This document shows, piece by piece, positions 1 to 13,400 of a DNA stretch of 64,000 nucleotides (the stretch's first letter is position 1; the number at the start of each line of letters is the position of its first letter). The position numbers and the translations under genes were made by a program. The notes beneath the pieces were generated by a model. The model had not been told where the DNA came from and made no database searches. It saw only the letters and a list, made by a program, of their open reading frames with translations. This stretch comes from Eremomyces bilateralis CBS 781.70 (taxonomy: Eukaryota), in the NCBI GenBank assembly GCA_010015585.1, contig ML975180.1; one strand, 5' to 3'.

Positions 1-1788
1 GTTATGCGAGCCCATCGCCTTCATGTCCATCTTCCCCTACATCTTCTTCATGGTCAAATGGTTCAGCATCACCGAGAATGAAAACGAGATCGCCACCTAC
101 ACCGGTCTCGTCACCGCGGCGTTTGCGTTTGCCGAATTTGTCGCGGCCATGGTGTGGGGGCGGATGAGCGATCGCATCGGCCGGAAGCCGGTCCTGCTGA
201 TGGGGATGTTTGGAACGGGGCTTAGCATGCTGCTGTTCGGATTAGCCCCATCGATATGGGTGGCATTGGTGGCGCGGATACTTGGTGGTCTCCTCAATGG
301 GTAAGAATGCAGAACATTGTTGTATGACATCTGCCTAATTATATCAGGAACATCGGTGTGATCCAAACCACTGTCTCGGAGATTGTCACGGCTCCGGAGC
401 ATATCGGTAGGTTCACTATCCAACAAATCCGGAAAGTTTGCTAACCGTTCATGATAGCCCTTGGGTATTCCATTATGCCGTCAGTGTGGTGCATTGGGTA
501 AGGCAATATCCAAAAATGCCAACAGTTACATGAGCTGACTACTGTCAGGTCCATTATTGGAGGCATCATCGGAGGATCCTTGGCCGATCCAGGAAAGAAC
601 CATCCGTCATGGTTCTCGGCCGACTCCATCTTCGTACGATTCCCTTACTTGCTACCTAATGTATTCTGCACTGGAGTGGTGCTCTTCTCGCTGTCGGTGG
701 GATTTCTGTTCCTCGAGGAGACGCACGAGGAGAAGCGTCATGGACGGGACAGGGGTGTGGAGTGCGGCGATGCCCTTCTGCGGTGCTTCGGCCAAGGTCG
801 CGAAATTCGGCTGAACGAGGAAGAGACGATGCGATTTTTGCAGGATGGAGCGCCGGCCTGCCCATCCACCGATTCGCTACCCACCCTGATTTCGCTGCCT
901 TCTTCCCCGTCGGGACGAACCAGCCCGGAAAATTGCGAACCGCTGCGGCCGAAGACGCCCCCCTTACTTCGAGCTTTGACCAAACAGGTCCTTCTCAATA
1001 TCGCCGCGATCTTCATTCTCGCATTGTGAGTGCCTTGACGCGATATCCAGATACGAAGGCTAACAGACTACAGCCATACCATTTGCTTTGAGCAGCTTCT
1101 CCCGGTTCTGTTCGCCGAGCAACCCTCCCGAACTACACCGCAGCTTCCGTTCAAGTTCGACACGGGGTTCGGCCTGTCCGAGACATCGATCGGCTGGATC
1201 GTCTCCGCTCAGGGAGTACTCCAAATAATCGCCCAACTCGTCGCCTACCCGCGGTTAAGCAATCGATTCGGCTGCCTCCGCGTCTTCCAGGGCGCTGTCT
1301 TCTCCTACCCGATCCTGTACTTCGGCATCCCGTACCTGGCTCTCCTTCCATCCTTCCTCCACGGACCGGGTATCCTTCTCGTCCTCGTCTGGAAAGTGTG
1401 CGCCCAAGCATGCACGTTCCCCTCGCTCAACGTCATGCTTTCCGAAACGGGTGACCGCCGACTGCGGGGCACGCTCCTGGGCATCTCTATGTCCGCGGCC
1501 AGCCTCAGCCGCGGCATCGGGCCGATCGTGTCGGGCGTGGTGCACAGCGCGGGGTCGCGGTTGGGCTATTCGGGTCTGGCGTGGTGGCTGCTCGCGTTCA
1601 TCTCCATCTGCGGCGGAGTGGAGACGCTGTGGATGCGCCGAACGAAGGCCAGCACAGTGATGGACCGGCCGATGGAAGAGGATCCGGACATCGAACGACC
1701 ACTGTCGGCGCCGTTCCTTGGCTCGCACTCCTCTATTTCGCGATCCTCCCACCGTGTGTCGCCTGAGAAAGACGATGGACCTCGCTAA
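1..1788 (+). CDS. Major facilitator superfamily transporter (DHA1/ZIFL-like), multi-exon, 5' end outside the window
   Basis: Hydrophobic ORF pieces with 'LCEPIAFMSIFPY' and MFS motif A 'WGRMSDRIGRKP'. They join across GT-AG introns (e.g. gtaaga at 301; gtgagt 1026 ... ctaacagactacag 1073). Stop at 1786-1788. Confidence 0.9.
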
Positions 1789-3074
1789 CCGGGGGAGGGC
1801 GACATCGACGATGGACATAGATCGGCGCAGGGAGGAGTATGGACGACCCACGAACTGGATTTCTATTGACGGACTTATTTCGCCGTTACACAACGGCATC
1901 TTTTCGATTCGGGGGACGGAGTTATTTCGTATAGAGGCGTCTTTTTTTTCACGGGTTTCGATACCACCCCAGCAGGCATGATTTTAGGGCGCAGAAAGGG
2001 AACCACATTGGCGGGAATCAAACGCATCGGGTTGGCATCATGGTGCCACAGGGAAAGGGTAAGAGGGGACCGCTCCAGAGGCATTATACTACGGACGACA
2101 TGGAGTCGAGGCGACGTTGGAATCGTTTAACGTGCGGATTATATGGAATTCTAGTATTTAGCGCACGAACCAGTTTTGTTTCTTATTTCAGGTCCTCGGA
2201 AACCTCGACTTCATCTGATGCGTTGCAACGGTCCCACAACGTGGTCTGCAGGTCGGAGACTTGTTTCAATCAGTCCATTCATCCATCTCAACGTTTTCGG
2301 TATCGGCATATGCACTCCTGAGTCCTGGTGCATCGAAGTAGCGTCCTGTGTGATAGATCTAAGACAACCGTCCCTTCACAGTCCACATTCAGACATATCA
2401 CAGACGAAAGCCACACGCGGGATATTTTTCGGAATACCTGTATATCGGCAGAAGTTGGCAGTAGAATGAGTGACGGTGACAGTGGAGCGGAAATGGCGGC
2501 AGTCGAATGGGAGCGAGGGGCGGCAAAGGCGCCTATTTCACCGGCTCTACCCGCGCGGTTGCAGCTACTCCAACGCCTATTCGACACCCGCCATTTCCGT
2601 CCCCGCACCATCTCGTCTTTTTGCTTTTGCTCCGACTACTTATCCATACAGCCCGTCTTACCCTAACTCCTATCTTTGTCCCCCAAAGGTCGAACGCAGA
2701 TACGAATGCTTGGCCTCTGGATCGTACCGTAGATTGATTCCTCCTGAAGCCACTTCGCCCCGATGTACCCTGCGATCTTGAACCCGTCAGAACTTCGAAG
2801 CTACCATCCAGTCTCCCGATATCACAGATTCGGTGCGTCGGACCGCGTCCCTCTCCCGCCGTACCGCACTTCCGCGCTATACCGTTGCAGCGCCCCCGTG
2901 CAGCGTCCCAGATTAATCTCCCAGCCTGGTTGATCCCGAGTCCCTGACGCAGCATACCGGAGCAATCTCCTTATTGTTCCCTCGCCTCCCTCCGGCGGTT
3001 TCGCGTCCTTCTGGCCTTGCCGACCGGTGCCGGTGCATGGCCTGGTGCCTCGGCGACGGGAGAAGACCTGAGCA

Positions 3075-6000
3075 ATGCTCAAAGGAGTGAAACGAGAGTT
3101 CCCGGAGGATGACGCTGTCTTGGGGGCTCCCAGCGCACCGAGTCATCCACCTGCCAAAGCGGCGGCATCCCCCACCGCCGCCTCCAGTGCGTCATCCTTC
3201 CGCAATGTCAGCGCCTGCAATCGCTGCCGGTTGCGTAAGCACCGCTGCGACCTCCGCTTGCCGGCCTGCTCGGCGTGCGAGAAGGCGCGGGTGAAGTGTG
3301 TGGGCTTTGACCCCATCACCAAGAGAGAGATCCCTCGCTCGTCAGTGACATCCCGCTGTGACGCGTGCCGTCTCGATACTCAGGAGATGTCGGCTGACCT
3401 TTGGACATGCGTACAGATATGTCTACTACCTCGAAACTCGGGTCGCGTACCTGGAGGGGTTGTTACGAGACAATCGCGTCGAATTCACGCCCCCGGAGCA
3501 ATTTGCCCTCTCCTTTAAACCCGGCCAGAAACCCTCGAACGAATCTCCCAACGGCCAGGTGACTTCCTCGGGGGCAGTCCCAGGGAAGTCGGAGGATGCA
3601 AACCCAGACGGGCAGTACGACCAGGAGAAGCTCAACAAGCTAGTAGATAACATCGGCATGGTGTCCGTGCAAGGGGCATCCGATCCGCGATACCTGGGGT
3701 CCACCTCTGGCATCTCCTTCGCCCGCGTCGTTTTCGCCGCAGTAAAGAGCTCGGTGACAGGCTCCTCATCCGACCGCGGCAGCGTCCGCGCCGGCCGCGC
3801 GATGTCATCCGCAGCTCCGGTAGCAGCAGGTACTGCCTCCATGCGAGATTCGTTCTTCGGGCTGCATACGAGGCCCACCATCAAGCCCGCGCCGTTCCCT
3901 GATCGGGACATTGCGACCCGGTTAGTCGAGATATACTTCGAGCACGCGAATCCGCAGATCCCCATCCTGCATCGTGGCGAGTTCATGGCCATGTTGAACA
4001 CGCTGTATGCAAGCGAGGAACGGGACCGGTCGCCGCGCGACCTTTACATGCTCAACATCGTGTGCGCCATCGGCTCCGGCACGATTCTCGCCCATTCGTC
4101 CGATTCCGACACCCCGCCCCTGCCGGATCAGCCCACCTCCATGCAGCCACCGCATTCCCCACCGTCGCGAAAGCGCCGCCGCATCTCGAGCCAGCAGCAT
4201 CAGCCGGAAGAGTACCACGCGTCGGCCATTGTGCATCTGGAAGCGTTCCTCGGCTCGTCCCCGTCGACGGATCGACCGGAAGGAATCGGCGGCGGATTGG
4301 AGGAACTGCAAGCTGTGCTCCTGTTGGCAGGGTTCGCGTTGCTCCGACCCATCGCGCCGGGCCTATGGTACATCTGCGGCGTGGCCATGCGCCTGGGTGT
4401 CGACTTGGGACTCCACTTCGAGGATCCGCCCGGTGATGAGGGTGCGGACGCCAGGGTCGCGAGGGATCTGGATGTCTCCATGAGGGGGACCAGTTCCGGG
4501 ATGAAAGGGGGGCGGCGGCAGTGGCTGCGGGACTTGCGAAGACGGTTGTGGTGGTGTGTCTACGCATTCGACCGGTTGGTGTCGACCTGCGTCGGCCGCC
4601 CCTTTGGCATCACCGACCAGGTGGTGACGACCGAGTTCCCCTCCCTCCTGGATGACCGATATATCACTCCGGACGGGTTTCTCGCTCCGCCCGGGGGCTC
4701 GGAGACGCCCAGCTACAAGCGGGTCAGTCATCATTATTTCCGACTGCGTCTGCTGCAGTCCGAAATCTTGCAGGTGTTGCAGTATCAGCAAGCGCAGCAG
4801 GCCCGCTCCAGCGGCGTCAACCAGAGCAACGAGTTCATGCACACCAAACTACCGTCCCCGTTCCTGGAGGGCTTCTATTCCTTCAAGTCCTGGCGTTCCG
4901 ACGTGGACCGCCGGTTGCTCGAGTGGAAGGAGTCGGCGCCCACGCAGATCGACACTGGCGTGCAGTTCTCGCCGCTGTTTCTGGAGCTCAACTATTGGCA
5001 GGCCCTCATCATGCTCTATCGTCAAAGTCTAGTGGTTCCCGCGCACCTCGCCAATGACCTGGCGTCTGCGCCGAACGACGTCCATAGCCCGAGCATCGCT
5101 AGCGTAGAGGATCTAGAGGATGAGGAACACGTGTATCTGACGGTGGCGCAGGCCGGGCAGAAGGTCCTTAAGATTTATCGGCAGTTGCATCGCGTTCATT
5201 TGGTCAGCTACACGTATCTTGCAACGCATCATCTGTTCATGGCTGGTATGTGTTCACCCTCCACCCTACGCTTGGTCAAAAGCAACCCCCCTAGATCGTC
5301 AGGGTTGTGGGATCCCGGACAAAGAAAGAGACGTGATCGTGTCGCACTTCGCGTCACGACCGGTACTACAGGGGAATTCTCTAACAAGGACTATAGGTAT
5401 CTCCTTCCTATACGCGATTTGGCACTCCACGATAGTGCGGCAACATTTGGTACGTAAAGGGAACTTGGATCCGCTCTGGTCCCCAACTAATTTATCCCTG
5501 CAGACGCTTGACGATGTGGATTTCACAGTCCTCGCCGCCACCTCCGTATTGGGCGATCTCATCGAGAAATGCCCACCCGCTGAAGCATGTCGCGATGCAT
5601 TCGACCGCATGAGCAAAGCCACGATCCAGATGTGTCTATCGACCACCGGATTCGGTCCCCCCAATAACGCCAAGAGGCCTCGGCCCAATTTCAATCCGTC
5701 GAGCCAAACGCCACTCTCCGAACCGTCGAGGACGCTGAGCTCACCCACATCAGTAATTCAGACCTCGCCAGACACCTTGCCCAACCGCAGTCTCCCGAAG
5801 TTCGACTACGACTTCCGCGACCTCTTCACCGAGGACGAGATCAGTGACCGTTCGTTCCGCCGCATCTCCCAAGCCCTCTCCCGCCCCATGAACCCCCCCA
5901 ATCCGAACATCCCCCCACATCAACCAGGTCCGACGCTTACCTCGTCCGATTCGTTAGTCTCGCATGCCCCGCCGACATTCCCCGGGACCAGCCCGTACGA

Positions 6001-6304
6001 ACTCTCCCCCACGCAGGCGCTTGCGCAACATCCTCACCAGCCACGGTCGCCCTACGAGATGACTCTGGGTCAGGATGGTGGACCCTATCAGCAGCAACAG
6101 GTCCCATATACCGGCCCTTTCACCACTCTGCCGGAACTAGAGTTCATCGATGCATACCCACTGAGCAACGAGGAGTCGAACGGGATGGGTCCCTTGGACC
6201 TTGGATTCGGAATGGGGGGATTCGATGCCAATTTCAACGATGGGGCGGGCGGTAATGGCCAATTGGATTTGTTCGACGGTTTTTTCTTCGGTGGTAACGG
6301 TTAG
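3075..6304 (+). CDS. uaY: Zn(II)2Cys6 transcription factor, UaY/Ppr1-like positive regulator of purine utilisation
   Basis: 'FRNVSACNRCRLRKHRCDLRLPACSACEKARVKCVGFDPITKREIPRS|YVYYLE', 'YLGSTSGISFARVVFAAV', a fungal TF middle homology region ('RRLWWCVYAFDR') and an acidic/aromatic C-terminal tail. Introns 3341-3416, 5246-5396, 5450-5503. Confidence 0.85.
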
Positions 6305-6546
6305 GTTGGAGGAGTTGCTCTTGTGACGGTCCGGTTTTCATCTATTCAGGCGTTACGATAAATACCTCCAGCAATGACAGGCTTGGGCGGGCATGCATCA
6401 CGATCGCGAAGGGGAATGGAGATGCATGTCCGTGGAATCTACATTAATCTAATTCGAAATACTTCTCGGCGCCTCAATGATTCCGATCTATACATTTGCC
6501 ATACCATCAGCGTGCCATGGCACTCTCCAGCGAACTTCTCGAACCC

Positions 6547-8238
6547 TCAGTCCCACCAGAAGCTCACGCTCGCACTGACGCTGAGACTTTGGACATAATG
6601 CCACCACCCCTGTGGAATATACAGGCAATCCCCTTCTTCTATAATGCCCTCGACGTACGGCGTCCCGGGGAATCCAGGGTATTTCCCCCGAAACTCTCGC
6701 CGCGCCTCCCTTCTTGCTTCCAAGAGCCAGTCGACGTCATCGAAGCCATCGTCAGTGAGACAATCTTCATCGCTCTTTTTCTCTTCCGCAACTTCATCGG
6801 CTGTGTCTTCGTTCTGCCTTTCGAACAGCTCGATGAACTCATCGAGATCCACACGGCTCGTATTGTCCATATTCACCCCGTCCTCGCCCAGTCCTCGAGG
6901 GTATAGGGCTTGAGAATGTCCCGGGGAGTACAGTCGAACGTACTTGCTCCCAACCACCTGGCACAAGATGTTGTGGTGCGGGTCCGTATGAAGCGGGGAG
7001 ATGGTGTTGGCCGGTCCAAGCCACATATTAAGCATCGGATCCGATGGCGGCTCTGGGGAGGTGGAGTCCCGCTCTGGGTTACCGCTTGGTGACTGGTCCG
7101 TATTCTTCCCATTCTTCGCGTCGTCACCTTGCCTATAATGCGGTGGAGATGGAGGCGTACAGTAGCAGAAGTCGGGGACGGCAATGTCGTTCCTGAGTGC
7201 CGGTATCTGGTTGAGAAGATCATGCTGCGCGAGGTACCAGACTTGTGCTTCATCTTCTCCGACTCCCTGCATGCCCGCTTCCCCTATGGCGCATTGCCCC
7301 CGGCCACCCTCTCCCCCCATCGACCCGCGTCCGACCGTCCTTGCACCCATCAGCCGGCCCATAAACTCGCCGAACGGCACCAACTTCTGACCCCACCCCT
7401 CTTCAGTATAGCTCTTCCCGATCTCCACCGGGACCAACCTCCGTCCCCCAATGGTCCGCTTCCACCAGTATCTGGGGTCGCCCCACCGCCTGTTAGGATC
7501 GGAGAAGGCAGGCCAGTGCGAGATGTGGTTGGAGATGATGAGCGGGCTGCCATGGCGGTCGAGGTGGCTTTGGAAGGACATGAAGTCCATGTCGATGCTG
7601 TGGGGGATGGGTTTGTGGATGGGTGGACCGGGAATTTGGGTGGGTGAAAAGGAGAGGGGGGGGTTCGGTGATGAATTGAGCGGCTGAAGGGATGATGATG
7701 GAGATGTCAGCTTCCGTCGCTTTGCAGCATGATCTGAAGGCTCGTTCGATCGAGCACCGTCCATTGCAAATGATGCCTCAATCGATAATGTAGAATTGCT
7801 TCCGTAGTCAACCTCGAGCCTCTCCATCACCCCCCTCACCAGCTCTTCCCGTCCACATGCGCCAGCAATGATCCTACCGCGATCCAACTTTGTGATTATT
7901 TCGTTCAACCACCCCTCCACCTCCGCACCGCTCTCTCCATTTTTAATAGCGTTACCAACGAGCTTTTTGACCTCCCAGAGCAGTCCCTCGACGTAGGCTC
8001 GCCGCCATCCCTCCGGCACCTGATCGAATCGAAATGCGTGCAGCTTGGCGTGAGCGAGCCGCGTCACTGCCTCTGGCGCGATGGGGAGCGCTGAAAGCAC
8101 GGCAGGACCGCATACCTGGATCGTATCGGATGGTGAGTAGCCGGTTGAAGGATCCTCGGGTAGGGCTGAGTCAAGGGTGGCCTGGATGGACGTGAGAGTC
8201 TGGTGAGCGCTGTTGCTTGACGTCGGGATGGATGTCAT
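6547..8238 (-). CDS. JmjC-domain 2-oxoglutarate/Fe(II) oxygenase, JMJD5/KDM8-like
   Basis: Single 563-aa ORF with 'VPVEIGKSY', 'YLAQHDL', 'NMWLGPANTISPLHTDPHHN' (HxD) and 'LYIPQGWWHYVQSL..SVSFWW' (distal His). Confidence 0.9.
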   Translation of the reverse strand: MTSIPTSSNSAHQTLTSIQATLDSALPEDPSTGYSPSDTIQVCGPAVLSALPIAPEAVTRLAHAKLHAFRFDQVPEGWRRAYVEGLLWEVKKLVGNAIKNGESGAEVEGWLNEIITKLDRGRIIAGACGREELVRGVMERLEVDYGSNSTLSIEASFAMDGARSNEPSDHAAKRRKLTSPSSSLQPLNSSPNPPLSFSPTQIPGPPIHKPIPHSIDMDFMSFQSHLDRHGSPLIISNHISHWPAFSDPNRRWGDPRYWWKRTIGGRRLVPVEIGKSYTEEGWGQKLVPFGEFMGRLMGARTVGRGSMGGEGGRGQCAIGEAGMQGVGEDEAQVWYLAQHDLLNQIPALRNDIAVPDFCYCTPPSPPHYRQGDDAKNGKNTDQSPSGNPERDSTSPEPPSDPMLNMWLGPANTISPLHTDPHHNILCQVVGSKYVRLYSPGHSQALYPRGLGEDGVNMDNTSRVDLDEFIELFERQNEDTADEVAEEKKSDEDCLTDDGFDDVDWLLEARREARREFRGKYPGFPGTPYVEGIIEEGDCLYIPQGWWHYVQSLSVSASVSFWWD

Positions 8239-9162
8239 CTAGTAGAGAAGTATGAGATTGCGGTTGTAGATAAATCTAATCACCAAATGATTAAAGCGTG
8301 TTTGGGGTTGTGTTTGATGTTCAGTTGCCCGAAATCATTTGCATAGGAGGGTCAATATATTTAAATACCATGGCACGCGTATATTACGAAAAGATCGGGT
8401 CGAATTTATACCCGCCGAGATACAATGTGTCTCGCCCTTAGACGAATTGAATAGAATTGAATCAAATGGTATATCGTGCATCTTTGGCTAGATGGGTATT
8501 GTTGATGTAGTGGAGTCTGGATCAGGGTACCTCAAGATGAATTCCAGCCAACTACAAGTATCGTATCTCCCCAACGCAAAGGCAATATTTCGACCACACG
8601 GCAATCGGTATTGATACACGTTGTAGTTAGAATAGATCCCATCTCGCGCTTCATCTACACCACCTCTTGGTTCGAGACTTGCCTCTTAAGGAATACTGAC
8701 ATATTCTGGGAGTACTACGGTCTACGGGACATTCGGACTACAGTTTGGGCGACAAGCCAAGGTAACTATCTTCGATGGACCTCGTAGGTCCAACTACTAG
8801 TACCAGGTTGTAGGAGGGTATTCGCAATCTCTTCCACGCAAAGGTATTGCATTGATAGCGCGGCAGTTCGAATCTTATTAGGCCGGAGGCATATCCAACC
8901 CAGCGTCCTCCACATGACGTCTGCGAGGCATTGAAAACCAAACGCGACGAGAATGGCGCCCATTCCACGTATCGATGGATATAAAAGCATTATGTTAAAC
9001 CACAAGAGGAACGAAAAACGTCCACGAGCATCGCGCATAAAAAAGGGGGTATCGAGCCATCCACAAAACCAACCGAGCCAAAAAAAATCAAACGCTGTCC
9101 ATGATTCCCAAACGTCATAACCCATTTCGTGACCCGTGTATTCCGTAAATGATTCATCCCCA

Positions 9163-11036
9163 TTATTGCGCGTTCGTGCGCGCATGATGATTCGGAGGCA
9201 CTGTAGAGGACTCCCCGGTTTCGCCCCCATCCAACAAGCCCCCCACATCCTGCAGGTCTCGCACCGTCGCCTCCCGCCGGAGCGTCGGATGTGGGATCCC
9301 GCTCGGTGGCACCGGTTCGTCCTGGCTGGCATCCCTATGCTTCCCGCCCGCGAGCCTTCGACTCGCGCCCTGACTTCGGCTCCGGCTGCGGCTGAGAGAC
9401 CGATTGGCGCGTTTGTCGGATTTAGGGCGATTAGCCAGTTCGATGCTAGAGTGAGAGGCGGAGGCGGTGGGGGGATATTTGTTGAGGAGGCCGCCGAGGT
9501 CGAGGAGGGCACGGGAGGAGGGTTTCTTGCCGAGGGCGAAGTCGTGCGCGATGGGGGAGGTGTGGCTGGTTCTGCGGGAGCGAGAGGGCTCGGGACCGGT
9601 GTCGAGGAGGCCGCCGACGTCGAAGAAGGAGGGTTGGCGGGTTCGTTCGGATGGGGACGTCAGATCGAGGAGCGGACGGGCGGTGGGGTCCGAATGGTTG
9701 GGATCTACAGGTGAGTGCATGGATGCTTTCAGATCGACGCTATCGTCCGACTCCCGGTTTGACTGGGCATTATGGTAATTCCAACTTTTGAATGGTCCAG
9801 AGGTCGTGGGGGGTGGTTGGGCAGGGGAGGCGACAGATGGAGCGTGAGGGACAAAATGAGAATCATGTAGCTCCTCCGGAAGACGGTAGCCTCCCAAGCC
9901 GGCAACGAGATCTTCATCGCTGCCCCATTGCCTGTGGGTGATGGTACTTTGACGTACGGATCGACGGCGCGTCTCGGCGGACTCGGATGCGGATCCGAAC
10001 TTGTACTTGGTCTTCTTCACGCCGCGGTCGCGCAGGAAGGAGCCGAGCACCACGGCGTTCGAAATGGCGGCGGCGGCGACAATCTCCGAGCTGGCCCAGA
10101 CGGTTCGATATTGCTGACGGCCGTTGTGGCGGATGACGGCGGGGATGCGGTAGGCGGTGATTGCGATGAGAATGATGGACATGGAGAACAAGATGACGAG
10201 GGAGATCTTGCGCTTCAGCGGCATGCGGGATTTGATAATGAGGGGAATTGGGAACACGACGAGGACGATATCGGTGATCATATCGCAGACACCCATAGTG
10301 ATGAGTTGTGCGTAGCCCTGGCGACATCGAGGGCCGGGATCTGGAATGACTTGCCAGTAGTGGGTGAATGGCTGGCATTCGGCTAGAGTTGCAATAATGA
10401 CGATGAAGAAGGTGGCGACCAGAAAGATCCGAATACTGTGCAAGATACGCTCGTAAGATTTCTTCCAGATGGTCGATGTCATGCGTTTGAGGAATTCGGA
10501 CACGGTGAACTTGGCTGTCCAAATACTGATGGCTCGTCAGCTATGGATTCCTCATTGAAGTCTGCCTTGCATGGTCTGGCGCGGCGCATAAACTTTGGGT
10601 GAAACTCACAAAAGCGCATAGAATATCCTTGACCCCAGAACCATTCGCGAGCCAATTGACCGTCGATAGGTATCTTCTTCACTCAAGCCAACTGTCTGGG
10701 CATTGTTCGTGTCGTACACGAGGACCACATGGACGAAAGCCATCCGGATCAGCAGCGGGATCAAGCTCAAGGTCATGATCGTGTCTTCGCGGAACATGCG
10801 GTTGTTTCTGATCAGGCGACCGGCCACACGGAACACCACGATGGTGATGGCGAAGATGGTGCCTATTGCACGAAATCATAAGCATCTGTTCTACTATGAT
10901 GTAGCGGACCCAACTGGATCCGCATAGGCCTGGGGATTTACATACAGAACCATGAGTAGAGGAGGGTTGGATTGCGGTCGACCCTTGACTGTGCCTCAGG
11001 GGGAGCATCGCTGAAGGGACCTCGCGAGACCAACAT
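9163..11036 (-). CDS. PTH11-like/rhodopsin-domain integral membrane protein (no CFEM) with a long disordered C-tail
   Basis: Three exons, start MLVSRGPFSDAPP at 11036. Several TM segments with family-typical 'ECQPFTHYWQVIPDPGPRC' and 'DMITDIVLVVFPIP', then a Ser/Arg-rich tail. Confidence 0.8.
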
Positions 11037-13374
11037 GACGGTGATTGAACGCACACACGCTGTTCGCTCAATCGCAAGGTCGTTGCTCACCGCCTCCGTA
11101 GAGGGGTGAGCGCGCAATCGGTCGAGGTGGGAGCCGTCTTTTCAGATATCGCCGCGGTCGTAATGGGAACGGTTTCGGTAAAAATGGGAGAGGAGGACTC
11201 GGAACGTCAAGGTCGGTATCGCCTTGACCTTGGGGATTTAGCGTACGAGTCGATGGGCTGCACCATGTCGAGTTCTGGTTCCGACTTTTGAGAGGTTCGA
11301 GGTGGCGGATAGAACCTATCAACCTGTCAAGGATAGAGGGGCACCGAGGGCCAGCAACCAGGAGGGCGGATAAGGATACTCGAGGGGATCGGGCGACGTT
11401 GGGCGGGTGGATGCAGAGACGAAACGAATGGGAACGACGACGACGGATATAAAGGATGAACAGGAAATGTAGAAGTGAGAAAGGAAATGAGAGAGGGTCA
11501 ACCGGGAGAGAAACGTGGGAGTGGGGTGCGGCAGAGAGACCAAGCAACGGAACTTGATATCGTGGACAGGGTGCAGTGACGACAGATAGCGGGCTCGTCA
11601 CTCGTCACTTGACGGTGTCAGAGAGCTGAAGGGAATTGGATGAAGCAGACCTGTTATTCTTAACAGAAGGATGATAATGCCTGTGGTGATGATCGCTATG
11701 CATGTGCTGGTGGGAGTTGGGCTGCCTTGCTCCCTCGCATCCTGAATTCCTGATCTAGGAGATTGGGAGGGTCTTGGGGTCTTGGAGATAGGGCAGCAGT
11801 AATCTTGTGAAAGGGTCCGCTCAAAGCGCCGGCGGGGCCGCGAGGGCGAACCCGGTGCGGTGATATGGCGATATGGATGACGGGGTTTCTTTCGTTTACT
11901 CGTTCAATGATCCTCCGTGCAAATCACCCGCCCAGACGCTCAGTGTAATCCTTCTTGGGCCGGTGGGACTACCTTGCGTCAGTGGTGGCCGGTGCTGGCG
12001 CCAGGGAAGCCCACAAATCATCTCTCTGCTATCTTTCGCATACTTATTCATGCCGCTTGAATCTCGATAGTAGTACATATAGGACATAATTCCAGACTAC
12101 CAGGGGAATAGGAACAGCAGTACGGAGGTACAGCTGGACAGCATAATAGTTCCTTGACCAACAGGTGAAGAGGCTGGGCAGCCAAACAGCGTCCAACTTT
12201 CATCATCACTGCCGAGCCTGATGCCATGGTTGATGATCCTAGCGGTCTTAGGTCCATCCAGTCTGCGGCAGATTGCGGGGGCGTCAGTATCAGAGAAAAT
12301 CATCCATATAGAGCAGCAATAAGTGGTAAGTACTAGTGAGATCAGAGCTGTCCACTCGAATATTAGTACGGTATGGAATCATTCTATAAAGATTTAAGTT
12401 CGTCCATCTACGTTCGTCCCAAGTGTCGTTCATAATACCACCGGTGAATACCAACCTCGCCACGATCACAGGATGCGGTACGGACTCGCACCCACCGAAT
12501 AGGTACTTGTTCGGATCATGTGCCCACTACTGTAGGCGGTGAAGCTAAGAGAACCCGAATGTACAGCAAACTGTAAATCCGACATGGGGGTCTCATGCGG
12601 ACTGTGGACATGGAGCCGACATTGACGATGCTTGGATAGACTCGAGCGCATTATTGGCGAGAAATGCTGCGATAATCGCATCACTGCAGGACAGGGCATC
12701 GACATGCTCGTTGCTCCCAGTGCTTGCAAATCTAGCAATGGAGCCATCGGCCCACCAGCGCTCGCGTGAGGAAATACCTATTTAGTATTCCGTACATACA
12801 TACCTCATTCAAATGGCGGAGAAATTTCCAACGGAAATGTGCAGCAAACTTGATTCGGGGTGCCTCCGCTTGTTGTTTGAGAACTGTTGTGCGACCATTG
12901 GTCTGAAACAACTGAAAGAATTTATACCGCACAGCATCTGACAGGTGACAAGTACCATATGGACAGCTGCGTTGAGATCGCCCGAAGACTGAAGAATGTC
13001 TCTGTCCTCTGGGACCCTATCCTCGACACCTCTGTCTATGACCCTATGGCCATTTAACCCGTACGAATCCGTTATTACTCCCAGCTCTCTAGAAGCAATC
13101 ACCAATCGGTGAAACGAGATCAAGAAACCACTCCTTCAATCATCCCATAAATCAGGTGGCACCGTTTCGTGCATGCCGCGGTCCATCTCCCGATGCCGTG
13201 TTCCTCGCCATCCACGCTGCTAGCAATGCAAATATTTCATTCATGCATTTCTCCCTTTGCTGTGCTCGCCTGGGTGCACGATATTGAAAGAGGGGGCTGG
13301 AGCCTGGAACTTGGTGCGACCCGACCTCTTGCGTTGCTCAACCGCCATGGCTTGGTACTTCGATTGGTTCGGGA

Positions 13375-13400
13375 TCGAGGTCGAGGTCGAGGTCGAGGTC
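13375..13400. repeat. Hexanucleotide microsatellite (TCGAGG)4
   Basis: tcgaggtcgaggtcgaggtcgaggtc read directly. Confidence 0.85.

Noticed and set aside
8660..8880. GTTCGA T-loop-like motifs as tRNA genes (also near 63735)
   Set aside because: No T-stem, acceptor stem or D-arm pairing could be built around them.
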